A DNA stretch of 64,000 bases from a virus (IMGVR_UViG_3300014204_000114:32001-96000); one strand, 5' to 3'; shown: positions 19,355 through 28,411, counted from the first letter of the stretch. Notes: generated by a model not told the origin, from the letters alone. Numbers and translations are program-made.

Positions 19355-19411
19355 GTCAATTTAGTATGGGGGTCGAAAGACCCCCTATAACCTTTTAAAG
19401 GAGATAAGAAA

Positions 19412-19771
19412 ATGGCTATTACTAGAAGAATAAATGAGTTAGAGATCCACGAATGGTTATTCTGGGTGTTCATTGCTATCCGCGTTATGAAAGGGGACAA
19501 GATGAGCGATATCAAAGAGATATCTGAAGCACCCAGCGGGGCAATATTTTACTCCTTAAATGAGCACGAGGAGGAAGGGACGTGCTTTATTGATGCAAGA
19601 GACGTCCATAATTTCATTCGTGGATACCAAGCTGGTTGGGACGAGGAATGGAGAATAAATAGTATTCAGAAAGCGTACGATGAAGGTAAGAAGTATGGCA
19701 AGAAATGCTGGGTGATAGCTAAGAAGGCATACGAGGACGATCTTGAACGCTTAGAGCATGAGATTGGATAA
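19412..19771 (+). CDS. Hypothetical protein
   Basis: AAGGAG SD. Confidence 0.7.
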   Translation: MAITRRINELEIHEWLFWVFIAIRVMKGDKMSDIKEISEAPSGAIFYSLNEHEEEGTCFIDARDVHNFIRGYQAGWDEEWRINSIQKAYDEGKKYGKKCWVIAKKAYEDDLERLEHEIG

Positions 19772-19802
19772 TTAAATCTATTTAACAATTAAAGGAGATA
19801 CT

Positions 19803-20096
19803 ATGAAAGAAGCTATCAAACACAATATCGAGACCGGACTTGAGATAGTGTGGGAGGCGATAGCCTGCAGGTTGGTTGAAAAATACTATGCTGACTGTCA
19901 GAGAGCATGCGTAGAAGATACGTGGTACTTTGGCGATTCGACAACAGAAGAGATCTTAAAGGCTTTTTCTAGCGATGGAACATGGGTAGGATGTAAGGAC
20001 AACAAACTGTTTATCGGAGATGGGTGTGGCGGATATGCCACCTATTACTATTTCGGCGAGACAGTAGATCTGTTAAAGGAGCGACTTAGCGCTTAA
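19803..20096 (+). CDS. Hypothetical protein
   Basis: AAGGAG SD. Confidence 0.75.
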   Translation: MKEAIKHNIETGLEIVWEAIACRLVEKYYADCQRACVEDTWYFGDSTTEEILKAFSSDGTWVGCKDNKLFIGDGCGGYATYYYFGETVDLLKERLSA

Positions 20097-20121
20097 CGTA
20101 ACTTATTGATTTAACTGCATT

Positions 20122-20148
20122 AGGGGCTTTTGCCCCTTTTTTCTTTTT
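20122..20148 (+). terminator. Intrinsic terminator
   Basis: AGGGGC-TTTT-GCCCCT + T tract. Confidence 0.8.
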
Positions 20149-20627
20149 ATGAGCTTGGGTATATATCCAGGCAGCCACTTATTCATTCATTCGCTCCGCA
20201 ACCCCCGCTCGCCCCCGATGCGGGGTCTCGCTTCCTTAGTCTCGAACTCTCTCTAGTCTTGTTCTACTACTATAAGCGCTGGTTACTTGTTGTTGCGCTC
20301 AATCGCCGCTTGGCTCTTTTGTGGGATGCCCACTCCCCGTTAAATACTTCGCGGAAGGCTCCGCTTCGCATTCGCTCTCGCTTCGCCAATTATACCGCTC
20401 ACTTCGGAACTTCGTTCAGAGGATTACTATAAAATCCTAAACCTCGCTCGCTCAATGTAGCTCGGGCTTCGCCCTCGTATTATATTATTTACAACTTGAC
20501 TTCCAAGTTTCAGGTTATATCTATATATATTCAATATTATTAACGTTTTTGTTAGAAAGGAGGTGCTCTGCGGGTATTTCCCTAATACTCGTATACTATT
20601 AATTTAAAAATTATTTAAGTGAATCTA

Positions 20628-20860
20628 TTACAGACAAGGTTCACCCAGGAATATCCTTGCCCATACCATGGTAACTAGGAGCCCGTAGGGAGTAAGCCTG
20701 GGGATGGCTAGACATCTTAAAACTAGCTTGTTTGATAGGACCGACCAAGACAATCCTATCAGAGACCTATGACTTGGGTAGTTTAGGCTTTCTACTAAAT
20801 AAAAGCCACTTGTTAGTTAATAAGGGCTGCGCGGAAATCTTTCCTCCCGTGTAGCCCTAA
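20628..20860 (+). ncRNA. Candidate structured non-coding RNA
   Basis: Nested helices CAGACAAG/CTTGTTTG and CCCAGG/CCTGGG, followed by GATAGGA/TCCTATC, GGCTTT/AAAGCC and AGGGCTGCGCGG/CCGTGTAGCCCT; no ORF. Confidence 0.45.
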
Positions 20861-20899
20861 ATCTAAAAACTATAAACTAAATCTATATAGGAGACTAAA

Positions 20900-21130
20900 A
20901 TGACAGAACTAAAACTCAATAACATCGACATGAACAAGTTCTACAAAAAACTCCTCTCGTCACCAGACATTAAGGAATACCTGGACGAAAAGACACTCGC
21001 CCTCTGCAAAGAGTTCTTCGAGAATATAGTATTCGAATTCACCGCCACCCTAAAACCAGGAGTTTCACCTGAATTCGAGAAAAAGTTCACAGAAAGCATC
21101 AATCAACTTCTCGAAACCATCAACAACTAA
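20900..21130 (+). CDS. Hypothetical protein
   Basis: GAGGAG SD. Confidence 0.75.
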   Translation: MTELKLNNIDMNKFYKKLLSSPDIKEYLDEKTLALCKEFFENIVFEFTATLKPGVSPEFEKKFTESINQLLETINN

Positions 21131-21186
21131 ATCTAAAAATAAATATGGTGTATATATAAACACCACTTAACTAGGAGGTTAAGACT

Positions 21187-21429
21187 ATGGATTTCAACAC
21201 AACTGGTAGAGTAACATGGTTAATCGTGGCTATAATAGCCTTGGCGTTAATTGTTATCCTTTTCGTAATTAAGCCTGAATGGGCTCAGGCAGTTCGCGAT
21301 TTCGTATTCCGCAACGGGAAAAAAGCTACTGAGGCAGCTAGAGACCGCGCGCAAAAAGCCAAAGCATTCACAAGTGAGACTATCGACATGGCTAAGGAGA
21401 AAATCGACGAGATTAAAGCAAAAGCCTAA
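21187..21429 (+). CDS. Single-TM protein with amphipathic tail
   Basis: AGGAGG SD; N-terminal TM helix. Confidence 0.75.
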   Translation: MDFNTTGRVTWLIVAIIALALIVILFVIKPEWAQAVRDFVFRNGKKATEAARDRAQKAKAFTSETIDMAKEKIDEIKAKA

Positions 21430-21443
21430 TCTCTCCAACAACT

Positions 21444-21480
21444 TAGGCCTTCCGGGGTTGAGCCTAGACAAATCAACCCC
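21444..21480 (+). promoter_or_regulatory. H-type RNA pseudoknot in the ssb leader
   Basis: S1 TAGGC/GCCTA, S2 GGGGTTGA/TCAACCCC (8 bp). Confidence 0.6.
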
Positions 21481-21548
21481 ACTAAATTTAAAAATTATAA
21501 ACTGAGCATTTCGCTCAAATATTAACTCTAAGAAAAGGAGACTTAAGA

Positions 21549-21941
21549 ATGGAAAAGACGAACATCACTGGTAATGCTGGAGACATGAGCAAAACGGTTG
21601 TCAGGTACACGAAATCCGGACGCCCCGTCACAAACTTCAGCATAGCGAGTCACAGAGGCAAGGACGAAGAGCAAACCACAACATGGCGTCGCGTAGTATG
21701 CTTCGGAAGACTCGCTGAGGTGGCCGCTAAGGGCATTCAGAAGGGATATTACCTCACGGCTGAGGGACGCTTGCAGACCCGCAAATGGGTCGATAAAGAA
21801 GGCGAAGAGCATACCGAAAAGGAGCTCTTAGCTGACAGCATCACGATTCATAACGACCGCGCGCCTAAGACAGACGAAAAAGCACCGGAAGAAGCCCCCG
21901 AAGCAAAAGCACCAGAAGCCGAAGAGAATCTCGACATCTAA
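21549..21941 (+). CDS. ssb: Single-stranded DNA-binding protein
   Basis: ITGNAG, VRYTKSG, TTWRRVVCFGRLAE, EGRLQTRKWVDKEG; acidic tail. Confidence 0.93.
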   Translation: MEKTNITGNAGDMSKTVVRYTKSGRPVTNFSIASHRGKDEEQTTTWRRVVCFGRLAEVAAKGIQKGYYLTAEGRLQTRKWVDKEGEEHTEKELLADSITIHNDRAPKTDEKAPEEAPEAKAPEAEENLDI

Positions 21942-21949
21942 CATATTAA

Positions 21950-22172
21950 AGTCGGACGCGGATAACCGACTATAAATAAACCGCACGCAATTATATTAAC
22001 CTCCCTAAACGTTTACGAACGTTATATGGGCGTAGCGTAGGTGAATCGCTACGGCATCAGGTTGGTGAAACAATCCGTAAAACCTACATGTTTCCTGATG
22101 CTCACGCACTCATAAATATCTCCCTTCGGAATAAGATTAGGACCCCAAAATCCTGGTCTTATTCCATTTTTT
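21950..22172 (+). ncRNA. Structured RNA downstream of ssb (pseudoknot, hairpins, terminator)
   Basis: AGTCGG/CCGACT with GCGG/CCGC pseudoknot; CGTAGCG/CGCTACG; GCATCAGG/CCTGATGC; terminator at 22128-22172. Confidence 0.5.
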
Positions 22173-22204
22173 ATGAATAATAACACATAACTATAGGAGC
22201 AAAC

Positions 22205-22441
22205 ATGAAAACTATAATACTAATACTTATGACAATGATGTTAATAGGATGCAGAGGCATGATAGTTATAGAAATGGAACCTAACAATTATTCCATCGAA
22301 ATAACCTCCCCAACTGAAACTGGATACGGATTCGGCGTCTATTCTGCAGAAGAAACCACACCAACAGAAGTAACAAAAACTACAGAAAATTCCTCTGACT
22401 GCACACCACCATACTCTAGCCATACATGTACAGAACTATAA
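22205..22441 (+). CDS. Small Thr-rich lipoprotein-like protein
   Basis: MKTIILILMTMMLIG-C lipobox-like; GGAG SD. Confidence 0.65.
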   Translation: MKTIILILMTMMLIGCRGMIVIEMEPNNYSIEITSPTETGYGFGVYSAEETTPTEVTKTTENSSDCTPPYSSHTCTEL

Positions 22442-23018
22442 CACTATAATGTTTAATGATATCAAATGCTTTCCCGAAGGATAGATATTAATGGCCATAG
22501 GGTATTAATATCCTCCGAAGGATAGTATAATAATAGTTACTAGTTATGATAATAACTTAAAGTAGCTATTTCTGAAATACAGTAAAAATGGGTTACTTAC
22601 CCCTTATATACCCTTTAATAAGAAAAATTATACCTTAACCTAGCCGATTTCAGTAAAATCAATAACTTATAAATAAGCAGGATTTATTAATAAAAATCAA
22701 TAATTCTTGACTCATATGAAATAACAGAATCTCGTTTACTAGAGGTTCTGATAATAACATATTAATATAATTAAACTTCCGAAGGATACTAAAAATAGCC
22801 CTCCAAAGGATTAATAAAAGGCTATTCAAAATAAACTAAAAAACGCCCGCAGAATTACTTCCAAATACACATATAGTATATAAGAGTAAGAATAGGTTTA
22901 GAGGAATAATAAGCGGGTAAATAGAACTTAAAGAAATAAATAAAATTAATATATTCAATAATAAGGACTGGGTAAGTATTGGAAATAATTAGGAAAATAT
23001 TTTCCACGACCTAGTTTA

Positions 23019-23135
23019 TTAGCCTTAGTAGGCAAATATAAGTTAGCCTTAGTAGGCAAAATCCTTAGTATTGAAAATCCTTAGTATTAAAGACATTTGT
23101 CTTTAGTATTAAAACAAATCCTCTTATCCTAGTAT
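23019..23135. repeat. Iteron-like CCTTAGTA direct repeats in a long AT-rich intergenic region
   Basis: TTAGCCTTAGTAGGCAAA x2, ATCCTTAGTATT x2, plus degenerate copies. Confidence 0.7.
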
Positions 23136-23198
23136 ATGTATATATATAAAGGTTTAGAGGGTTAGATTAGGTAATGCCGCGGATTTAAAATAATTAAC

Positions 23199-23477
23199 AT
23201 GGAGGAATGATATGTTAAGAAAGATAAGTGGCCAAATCATGATTACATACATATTGTTCCTTTTCAAGAGGCAACGCCGAAAAAAGAATATGTAATAAAA
23301 GCAGTTTATAAAGACGATCCTAACGGAACGCCAATATATTTCATAGAAGAAAACAAAACATGGATTATATATAAAGATAACGCGGCAAAATTTAAGTGCC
23401 GCAAAATAGCAGAAGGGATGATTGAAAAGCATCCTAGCTGGAAAGACTATCATAACATTACTGCGGAAGAAGCTTAA
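23199..23477 (+). pseudogene. ORF interrupted by an in-frame TGA at codon 4
   Basis: ATG GAG GAA TGA TAT GTT AAG... then open to TAA at 23477, abutting the SD of the next gene. Confidence 0.4.
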
Positions 23478-23488
23478 GGAGGAATAAA

Positions 23489-23755
23489 ATGCATCCGGAC
23501 TATTTCTATTACACAATAAAAGAAACAGGAGAAGACGATTTTATTTATCGTTCTGCAGCGTTTGAAGACAGAGAGGTAATGATCGCGGATATAATCCCGC
23601 GGCTTAAAAAAGATTATTCTAACGATTCGTATACTATAACATTTATGGTAGAAACATATCGGGGTAATCTGAGAACTCATCTTCCTCTCTCTACTATTCA
23701 TGCCAATAGCTTCTTAAGTAAAGTCAGAGGACTCGTTTTCAAGTTCGACCATTAA
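23489..23755 (+). CDS. Hypothetical protein
   Basis: AAGGAGG SD. Confidence 0.75.
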   Translation: MHPDYFYYTIKETGEDDFIYRSAAFEDREVMIADIIPRLKKDYSNDSYTITFMVETYRGNLRTHLPLSTIHANSFLSKVRGLVFKFDH

Positions 23756-23814
23756 TAAAACTTAACCTGTTAATTTAAAAATTAATAAATTGAATTTATT
23801 TAAGGAGATAAAAT

Positions 23815-24156
23815 ATGATAGAAATAATGAAAGCTGGATATAAGGTAAAGCCGCCGATTATATATATTGGCAGGCCAAGCCCATATGGGAATCCGTATCC
23901 AATCGTTGCTTCTAAATACTCAGATAAAATCTATACTCTGGAAAAGAGTTTAGAGTTATACGAACTAGATATAAGAAGCGGCAAAATAAATATACAGGAT
24001 TTGTACGAACAGTATAAGGCCAAAGGATATCTAAAGTTAAGCTGCTTCTGCACAAATAAGAAATTACATAATTGGCAGCAGGCTATAGATAAGCCTGTAT
24101 GCCATGGAGAAATAATAGCTTATTGGATATTCAAGATGGAGGAGAGAGACAGATGA
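23815..24156 (+). CDS. DUF4326-family protein
   Basis: IYIGRPSPYGNPY...LSCFC...CHGEII. Confidence 0.8.
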   Translation: MIEIMKAGYKVKPPIIYIGRPSPYGNPYPIVASKYSDKIYTLEKSLELYELDIRSGKINIQDLYEQYKAKGYLKLSCFCTNKKLHNWQQAIDKPVCHGEIIAYWIFKMEERDR

Positions 24157-24332
24157 GTCAATACGAAATCGATTATTACTTCCTGTGCAAAGAAGTATAT
24201 ATAAAAAACTGGAAGACAAAGCTTATGGCTTTTCAGACAGCAGGTACGATTGCGTATCTAAATGAATCAGCACGACTAAAGAAATTCGAAAAGAAAGTCT
24301 ATGAAACTGTATGGGAAAGACTCCATATTTAA
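24153..24332 (+). CDS. Hypothetical protein (start MSQYEI)
   Basis: ATGA overlap with the upstream gene. Confidence 0.55.
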   Translation: MSQYEIDYYFLCKEVYIKNWKTKLMAFQTAGTIAYLNESARLKKFEKKVYETVWERLHI

Positions 24333-24631
24333 CAAATAAAAAGGAGAATTGGAAAATGAAAAAGATTCTATCAGACATTCTAAAACAAACCGGGGTACCA
24401 ATAGTAATGATACTCGTCACCGTAGCGATGATATTAGTGCTATGCCTCGGACTAGGTTGCGGAATTCGCTATTTAATGAAAAACGCCGATAACAAAGTCG
24501 ACGGTTCAATTAACTGCATCTATATCCCCGAAGGAAAACAGGAATGTACTTTTAATGGTTATCCATTAAATAATGTGCAAGCAATCAAAATCGAAGGCGG
24601 ATACATGATATTCGCAGAGGAGGCCAAGTGA
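24311..24631 (+). CDS. Membrane-anchored protein (start probably MKKILS)
   Basis: TM segment. Confidence 0.65.
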   Translation: MGKTPYLTNKKENWKMKKILSDILKQTGVPIVMILVTVAMILVLCLGLGCGIRYLMKNADNKVDGSINCIYIPEGKQECTFNGYPLNNVQAIKIEGGYMIFAEEAK

Positions 24632-24798
24632 AAAATATAGCGATAGTCATATGGCTCATAGGGTTTCCTCTGATGGTTGACTTCTCATCATACGTACATC
24701 AATATCTATTGAAAAAGCCTGACCCATCAAGCATGGGCAGCGACACAATAATATTTGTAATGTATGTATGGATAGCATACCTGGTATATGAGAAATAA
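24628..24798 (+). CDS. 56-aa two-TM protein (not in ORF track)
   Basis: GAGGAGG SD, GTGA overlap; MKNIAIVIWLIGFPLMVD... Confidence 0.6.
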   Translation: MKNIAIVIWLIGFPLMVDFSSYVHQYLLKKPDPSSMGSDTIIFVMYVWIAYLVYEK

Positions 24799-24860
24799 AT
24801 AAACAAATAAATAAAATTTGCTTAAACAATAACCTGGAATAAAATGAAAGGGAATTAATC

Positions 24861-25055
24861 ATGGAAAAGACTTACAAAATCTTCAGCAGAATCAATACTA
24901 AAACTCAGGAAACAATTCAATACAAGTGCCGTTTTGATAACGGTAAATTAGCTAGCGTTGTAAACCTGGCGACTGGACTTGTGATACCTGAGGGTACTCG
25001 AACATTTAAAAAGATTCATAACGGACATAAACAGTTCGTTATTTCTGAATCTTAA
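24861..25055 (+). CDS. Hypothetical protein
   Basis: ORF with SD. Confidence 0.65.
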   Translation: MEKTYKIFSRINTKTQETIQYKCRFDNGKLASVVNLATGLVIPEGTRTFKKIHNGHKQFVISES

Positions 25056-25079
25056 AAATCAATAAATAAATAATATTTA

Positions 25080-25688
25080 ATGGAGGTGCTAATGAAGGAA
25101 TACATATGTCATTCCGGAGGGGCCCAAGGCGCTGATTCATATTTCGCGTACATGTGCGCGGAATTAAAAACAGCAAGATGTATAGCTCATACATTTAAAG
25201 GACATCGAGTTAATGAAATTAACGGATGGACTGTGGATGAGCTGTATAATCCGGAGGATATCATCGTCCACTCTCAAGAAGAATTAGCTATCGCAGACTC
25301 ATATCTAAAGATAGCTAACAAACACATCAACAGACAGTTTCCAACTAAGAGCGAGTTTGTAAATAATTTGCTCAGAAGAAACTACTATCAAGTCAAAGAC
25401 ACCCAAGGGATCTTTGCTATATCATCGTTCGATGAGAAGGGCAAAGTTAAAGGCGGCACAGCATGGGCAGTCTATATGGCTATAGACATGGGTAAACTTG
25501 TCTATGTTTTCGATCAAGTACAAAATCAATGGTTCATTGTTTGTTACGAGAAAAAGAAATGGATCAAAACAGAGGCTCCAATATTAACAGAAGTATTTAC
25601 GGGTATAGGTACCCGGGAAATAAATGAGAAAGGTCGAATGGCTGTAGACAGACTATTCGAAACCATATTCGAATCTACCGACATATAA
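25080..25688 (+). CDS. SLOG-superfamily nucleotide-binding protein
   Basis: HSGGAQGAD, LLRRNYYQV, GGTAWAV, FTGIGTR. Confidence 0.75.
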   Translation: MEVLMKEYICHSGGAQGADSYFAYMCAELKTARCIAHTFKGHRVNEINGWTVDELYNPEDIIVHSQEELAIADSYLKIANKHINRQFPTKSEFVNNLLRRNYYQVKDTQGIFAISSFDEKGKVKGGTAWAVYMAIDMGKLVYVFDQVQNQWFIVCYEKKKWIKTEAPILTEVFTGIGTREINEKGRMAVDRLFETIFESTDI

Positions 25689-25710
25689 ACATGTAACTAA
25701 GGAGAAATAT

Positions 25711-26409
25711 ATGATAGGAATAACCGAAGGTTATGACCCTGGATATGACCCCAAACCACTTAAAGACTGGCTGCCAAAGCCAGCCATAATAATCACAAAG
25801 AGATTGGACCTACTCCTAAAGAACTTCGATTTCACTAACGAGAATGTTATCATTCACGCTACAATAACAGGCATGGGCGGTTCTAAAATAGAACCAAATG
25901 TCCCTAAGCCTGAAGTAGAAATCGAGGCATTAAGAGAACTTAATAAGTCTATCTCTCAGAATAGAATCGTACTTAGAGTAGACCCAATCATACCTGAAGA
26001 ACCATACTTCTCAAAAGCATTGGAAGTCATAAGGAATTCCGAAGGATTATACTCCAGACTAAGAATCTCATTCCTTGATATGTATCCACATGTCAAGGAG
26101 AGATTCAACAAAGCCGGAGTTAAAATTCCTTACGAAACATTCCATGCTCCACTTATCGCAAGACAAGGGGTTGTGAAGTATATCAAACAGGTAAAAGAAA
26201 TAGAGCCTGAGATATGCGGCGAGCCAGACTTTACTTGTAAAGGATGCGTGTCGGAAGACGACCTTAAGACTTTAGGTTTAACAACCGAGGTGACTCGTAA
26301 GGGAGCCCAAAGATATTCATGCGCATGCCTTGCGATAAAGCATGAAATCTATTCAGGCTATAAAAGACAATGTCCTTCGAAATGCTTATTCTGTTATTGG
26401 AGGAAATAA
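25711..26409 (+). CDS. DUF1848-like (radical SAM-related, SPL-like) protein
   Basis: IITK, LRVDPIIP, RISFLDMY, CAC and C-terminal CPSKCLFCYW. Confidence 0.7.
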   Translation: MIGITEGYDPGYDPKPLKDWLPKPAIIITKRLDLLLKNFDFTNENVIIHATITGMGGSKIEPNVPKPEVEIEALRELNKSISQNRIVLRVDPIIPEEPYFSKALEVIRNSEGLYSRLRISFLDMYPHVKERFNKAGVKIPYETFHAPLIARQGVVKYIKQVKEIEPEICGEPDFTCKGCVSEDDLKTLGLTTEVTRKGAQRYSCACLAIKHEIYSGYKRQCPSKCLFCYWRK

Positions 26410-26410
26410 A

Positions 26411-26695
26411 ATGAGCGCATCATTGTTATGGATGATATCTGTAGCCTTAAGCACCGACATAGGAATCGGTGCGATAGGCTATGCGATTGGCAGATTCCGC
26501 CATAAGCGTGAATTAACAAAACTACAAAATCAATTGTCCGATACATATAAGTTGCGTAATGCGACTTTAAAAGGACAAGAGGAAATTATCAATATGCTTA
26601 GTCAAGCAGAAGATAATGACTCATTAGCCCTTGGGCTCAATGAGAACCTCGAAAGAATATTAACTCTTAAGGACGACCAAGGGTCGTCAATCTAA
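26411..26695 (+). CDS. Membrane-anchored coiled-coil protein
   Basis: GGAGG SD before MSASLL. Confidence 0.65.
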   Translation: MSASLLWMISVALSTDIGIGAIGYAIGRFRHKRELTKLQNQLSDTYKLRNATLKGQEEIINMLSQAEDNDSLALGLNENLERILTLKDDQGSSI

Positions 26696-26708
26696 AGAAG
26701 GAGGAAAT

Positions 26709-26939
26709 ATGAAATACGTAATAGTAGCAATAGCCTGCGTAGCAGGTTATCACATAGGCAAGAGAATTGGCGAATGGTATAGTTACAGAAAAACTTCGAA
26801 GGAGTTTTCCAAGTATATCAATGAGTCAATATGGCAAATGCACGAGAGGAACGTATCGGCTATGCAGAGGGTCAACGACACTCTCAATTCACCGGCACTG
26901 CATGGAGTGGATGCAATTCATTCACAATATAAAAACTAA
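26709..26939 (+). CDS. Membrane-anchored hypothetical protein
   Basis: GGAGG SD. Confidence 0.7.
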   Translation: MKYVIVAIACVAGYHIGKRIGEWYSYRKTSKEFSKYINESIWQMHERNVSAMQRVNDTLNSPALHGVDAIHSQYKN

Positions 26940-26952
26940 ATAAATAAAATTT

Positions 26953-27396
26953 ATGAAAGGAGACAGCATGTGTCCTAGACTAACAGAGATAAATATATAT
27001 AGTCAAAGCGAATCTGCCTTAGGAAAGTGGATGAGCAATTGGACATTAGAGCCAATCGTGACTGAAGATGGACGCTTTGCGTCTATCGAAGGTTACTGGT
27101 ATTGGCTAGGCTGCAAAAACGATAAGCTTCGCGAGCTACATGGCTTTGAGGCTAAACGTTTTGGTAGACTACAGCAAAGAGTCCGTAGTCTAAGCGAAGA
27201 AGAATTTCGTAAGAAAATATTCATGGCTATCGATATTAAAATCGAAGCCAACCCAGCTATGAAAGAGGCGTTAATAAAATCCGAATTACCATTTAAACAT
27301 TATTATGTATACAGTGGTAATAAGGTAAACGCTGGCTTTCAGTGGCTGGTGGACTACTGGACTAATAAACGCAAACAACTTAAGGAAATAACATGA
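26953..27396 (+). CDS. NADAR-family protein (phage type)
   Basis: INIYSQSESALGKWMSNW...FASIEGYWYWL...GFEAKRFGR...KIEANPAMKEAL. Confidence 0.7.
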   Translation: MKGDSMCPRLTEINIYSQSESALGKWMSNWTLEPIVTEDGRFASIEGYWYWLGCKNDKLRELHGFEAKRFGRLQQRVRSLSEEEFRKKIFMAIDIKIEANPAMKEALIKSELPFKHYYVYSGNKVNAGFQWLVDYWTNKRKQLKEIT

Positions 27397-27629
27397 GCCT
27401 TAAGAAATTGGAAAGAGGAATCTACTACACAGTAGGAAAAATGGACGATGGAAACATTGTCCAGGGATGCTCTAAGGACTGCAAATACTGTCATAAGTAT
27501 TATGGGCCTCACAATATAGAAAGTCGCTGCGAGAATCCAGAAATAACTAAGCATTTTGGCAGGGTTCTGGTCGAACACCCTATAGCAATAACTAGCTGTA
27601 TGTTAATTTACGATTCGAGGATTTTATGA
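27393..27629 (+). CDS. Small Cys-rich protein
   Basis: CSKDCKYC. Confidence 0.6.
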   Translation: MSLKKLERGIYYTVGKMDDGNIVQGCSKDCKYCHKYYGPHNIESRCENPEITKHFGRVLVEHPIAITSCMLIYDSRIL

Positions 27630-27898
27630 CTCTAAAAGAAAAATTAAAAATAAGCAAAAACATCAACGCACTACCAAAGGATGTGCGTAAGCAATTAGAG
27701 AAAGAGTACATGGACAGATTAGAAGCTCACTGGCCTGGTATTCAGGCCGAGTTCGATACTGTCCTTGGCTCAAGCGTAAAAGCCGGCCTTGGCTGGCTGG
27801 CACGGTTTAAATGCGGCATAGTATTCGGAAGAAAACTGGCCGCAACACATGCTCTAGTTCTAAAGCAACTTCACAGTAAATACTGTAAGGAGGATTAA
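27626..27898 (+). CDS. Hypothetical protein
   Basis: ATGA overlap. Confidence 0.65.
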   Translation: MTLKEKLKISKNINALPKDVRKQLEKEYMDRLEAHWPGIQAEFDTVLGSSVKAGLGWLARFKCGIVFGRKLAATHALVLKQLHSKYCKED

Positions 27899-28270
27899 AT
27901 GGCATTCGATATTATGACAACATTAGCATTAGTGCTAGTGATATGGAAAATTATCTACGATATAGCTACAAGTCGATGGACTCACAAAGATGAGCTGGAA
28001 GCGGAGCTTGACGATGTTATCGACGAGCGAATAGAAATGCTTAATCAAAGCATCCTAATCCATGAGCTTCTAGCTATAGAAGCAAGAATGGTAGGAATGC
28101 TTGCGGTATTAAAGCCTACTCAAGGCTTAGAAGAAGAAGCCAAAAATATAATGGATTCTCTTAATAAGAATATCGCAAGTAGAGATAAACTTAGCGATGA
28201 AATCGAGAATCGATTAATAAGCTTACGATTAAGAGAAGCCGAAATCGAAAAAGAATTACTGAACATCTAA
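27899..28270 (+). CDS. Membrane-anchored coiled-coil protein
   Basis: GGAGG SD; N-terminal TM. Confidence 0.7.
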   Translation: MAFDIMTTLALVLVIWKIIYDIATSRWTHKDELEAELDDVIDERIEMLNQSILIHELLAIEARMVGMLAVLKPTQGLEEEAKNIMDSLNKNIASRDKLSDEIENRLISLRLREAEIEKELLNI

Positions 28271-28290
28271 TAAAAACTAAGGAGGTCTTC

Positions 28291-28311
28291 GTGGCAAGAG
28301 CTCCGCCCTAA
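28291..28311 (+). CDS. Minigene MARAPP* (arrest-peptide-like RAPP motif)
   Basis: TAAGGAGG SD 6 nt before GTG GCA AGA GCT CCG CCC TAA. Confidence 0.5.
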   Translation: MARAPP

Positions 28312-28411
28312 ATATACCATGGACAATATAAAATACACTCCATTCGTTTGGCGGTACCGTAAACCGCCACTGCAATTATAAATTATTTGAAAAATAAAAT
28401 ATAAATATAGT

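Noticed and set aside
20130-20432. 100-aa ORF over the CGCT-rich tract
   Set aside because: Starts inside a terminator, lacks an SD and has atypical composition; treated as non-coding
21950-22101. preQ1 riboswitch or hammerhead ribozyme
   Set aside because: Pseudoknot topology is similar but the preQ1 loop consensus is missing; CTGATG and GAAAC are present but not in hammerhead core arrangement
23019-23135. Possible CRISPR mini-array
   Set aside because: Repeats are 8-18 bp with 0-10 bp gaps; no spacer-sized unique segments and no arrays next to the TnpB genes
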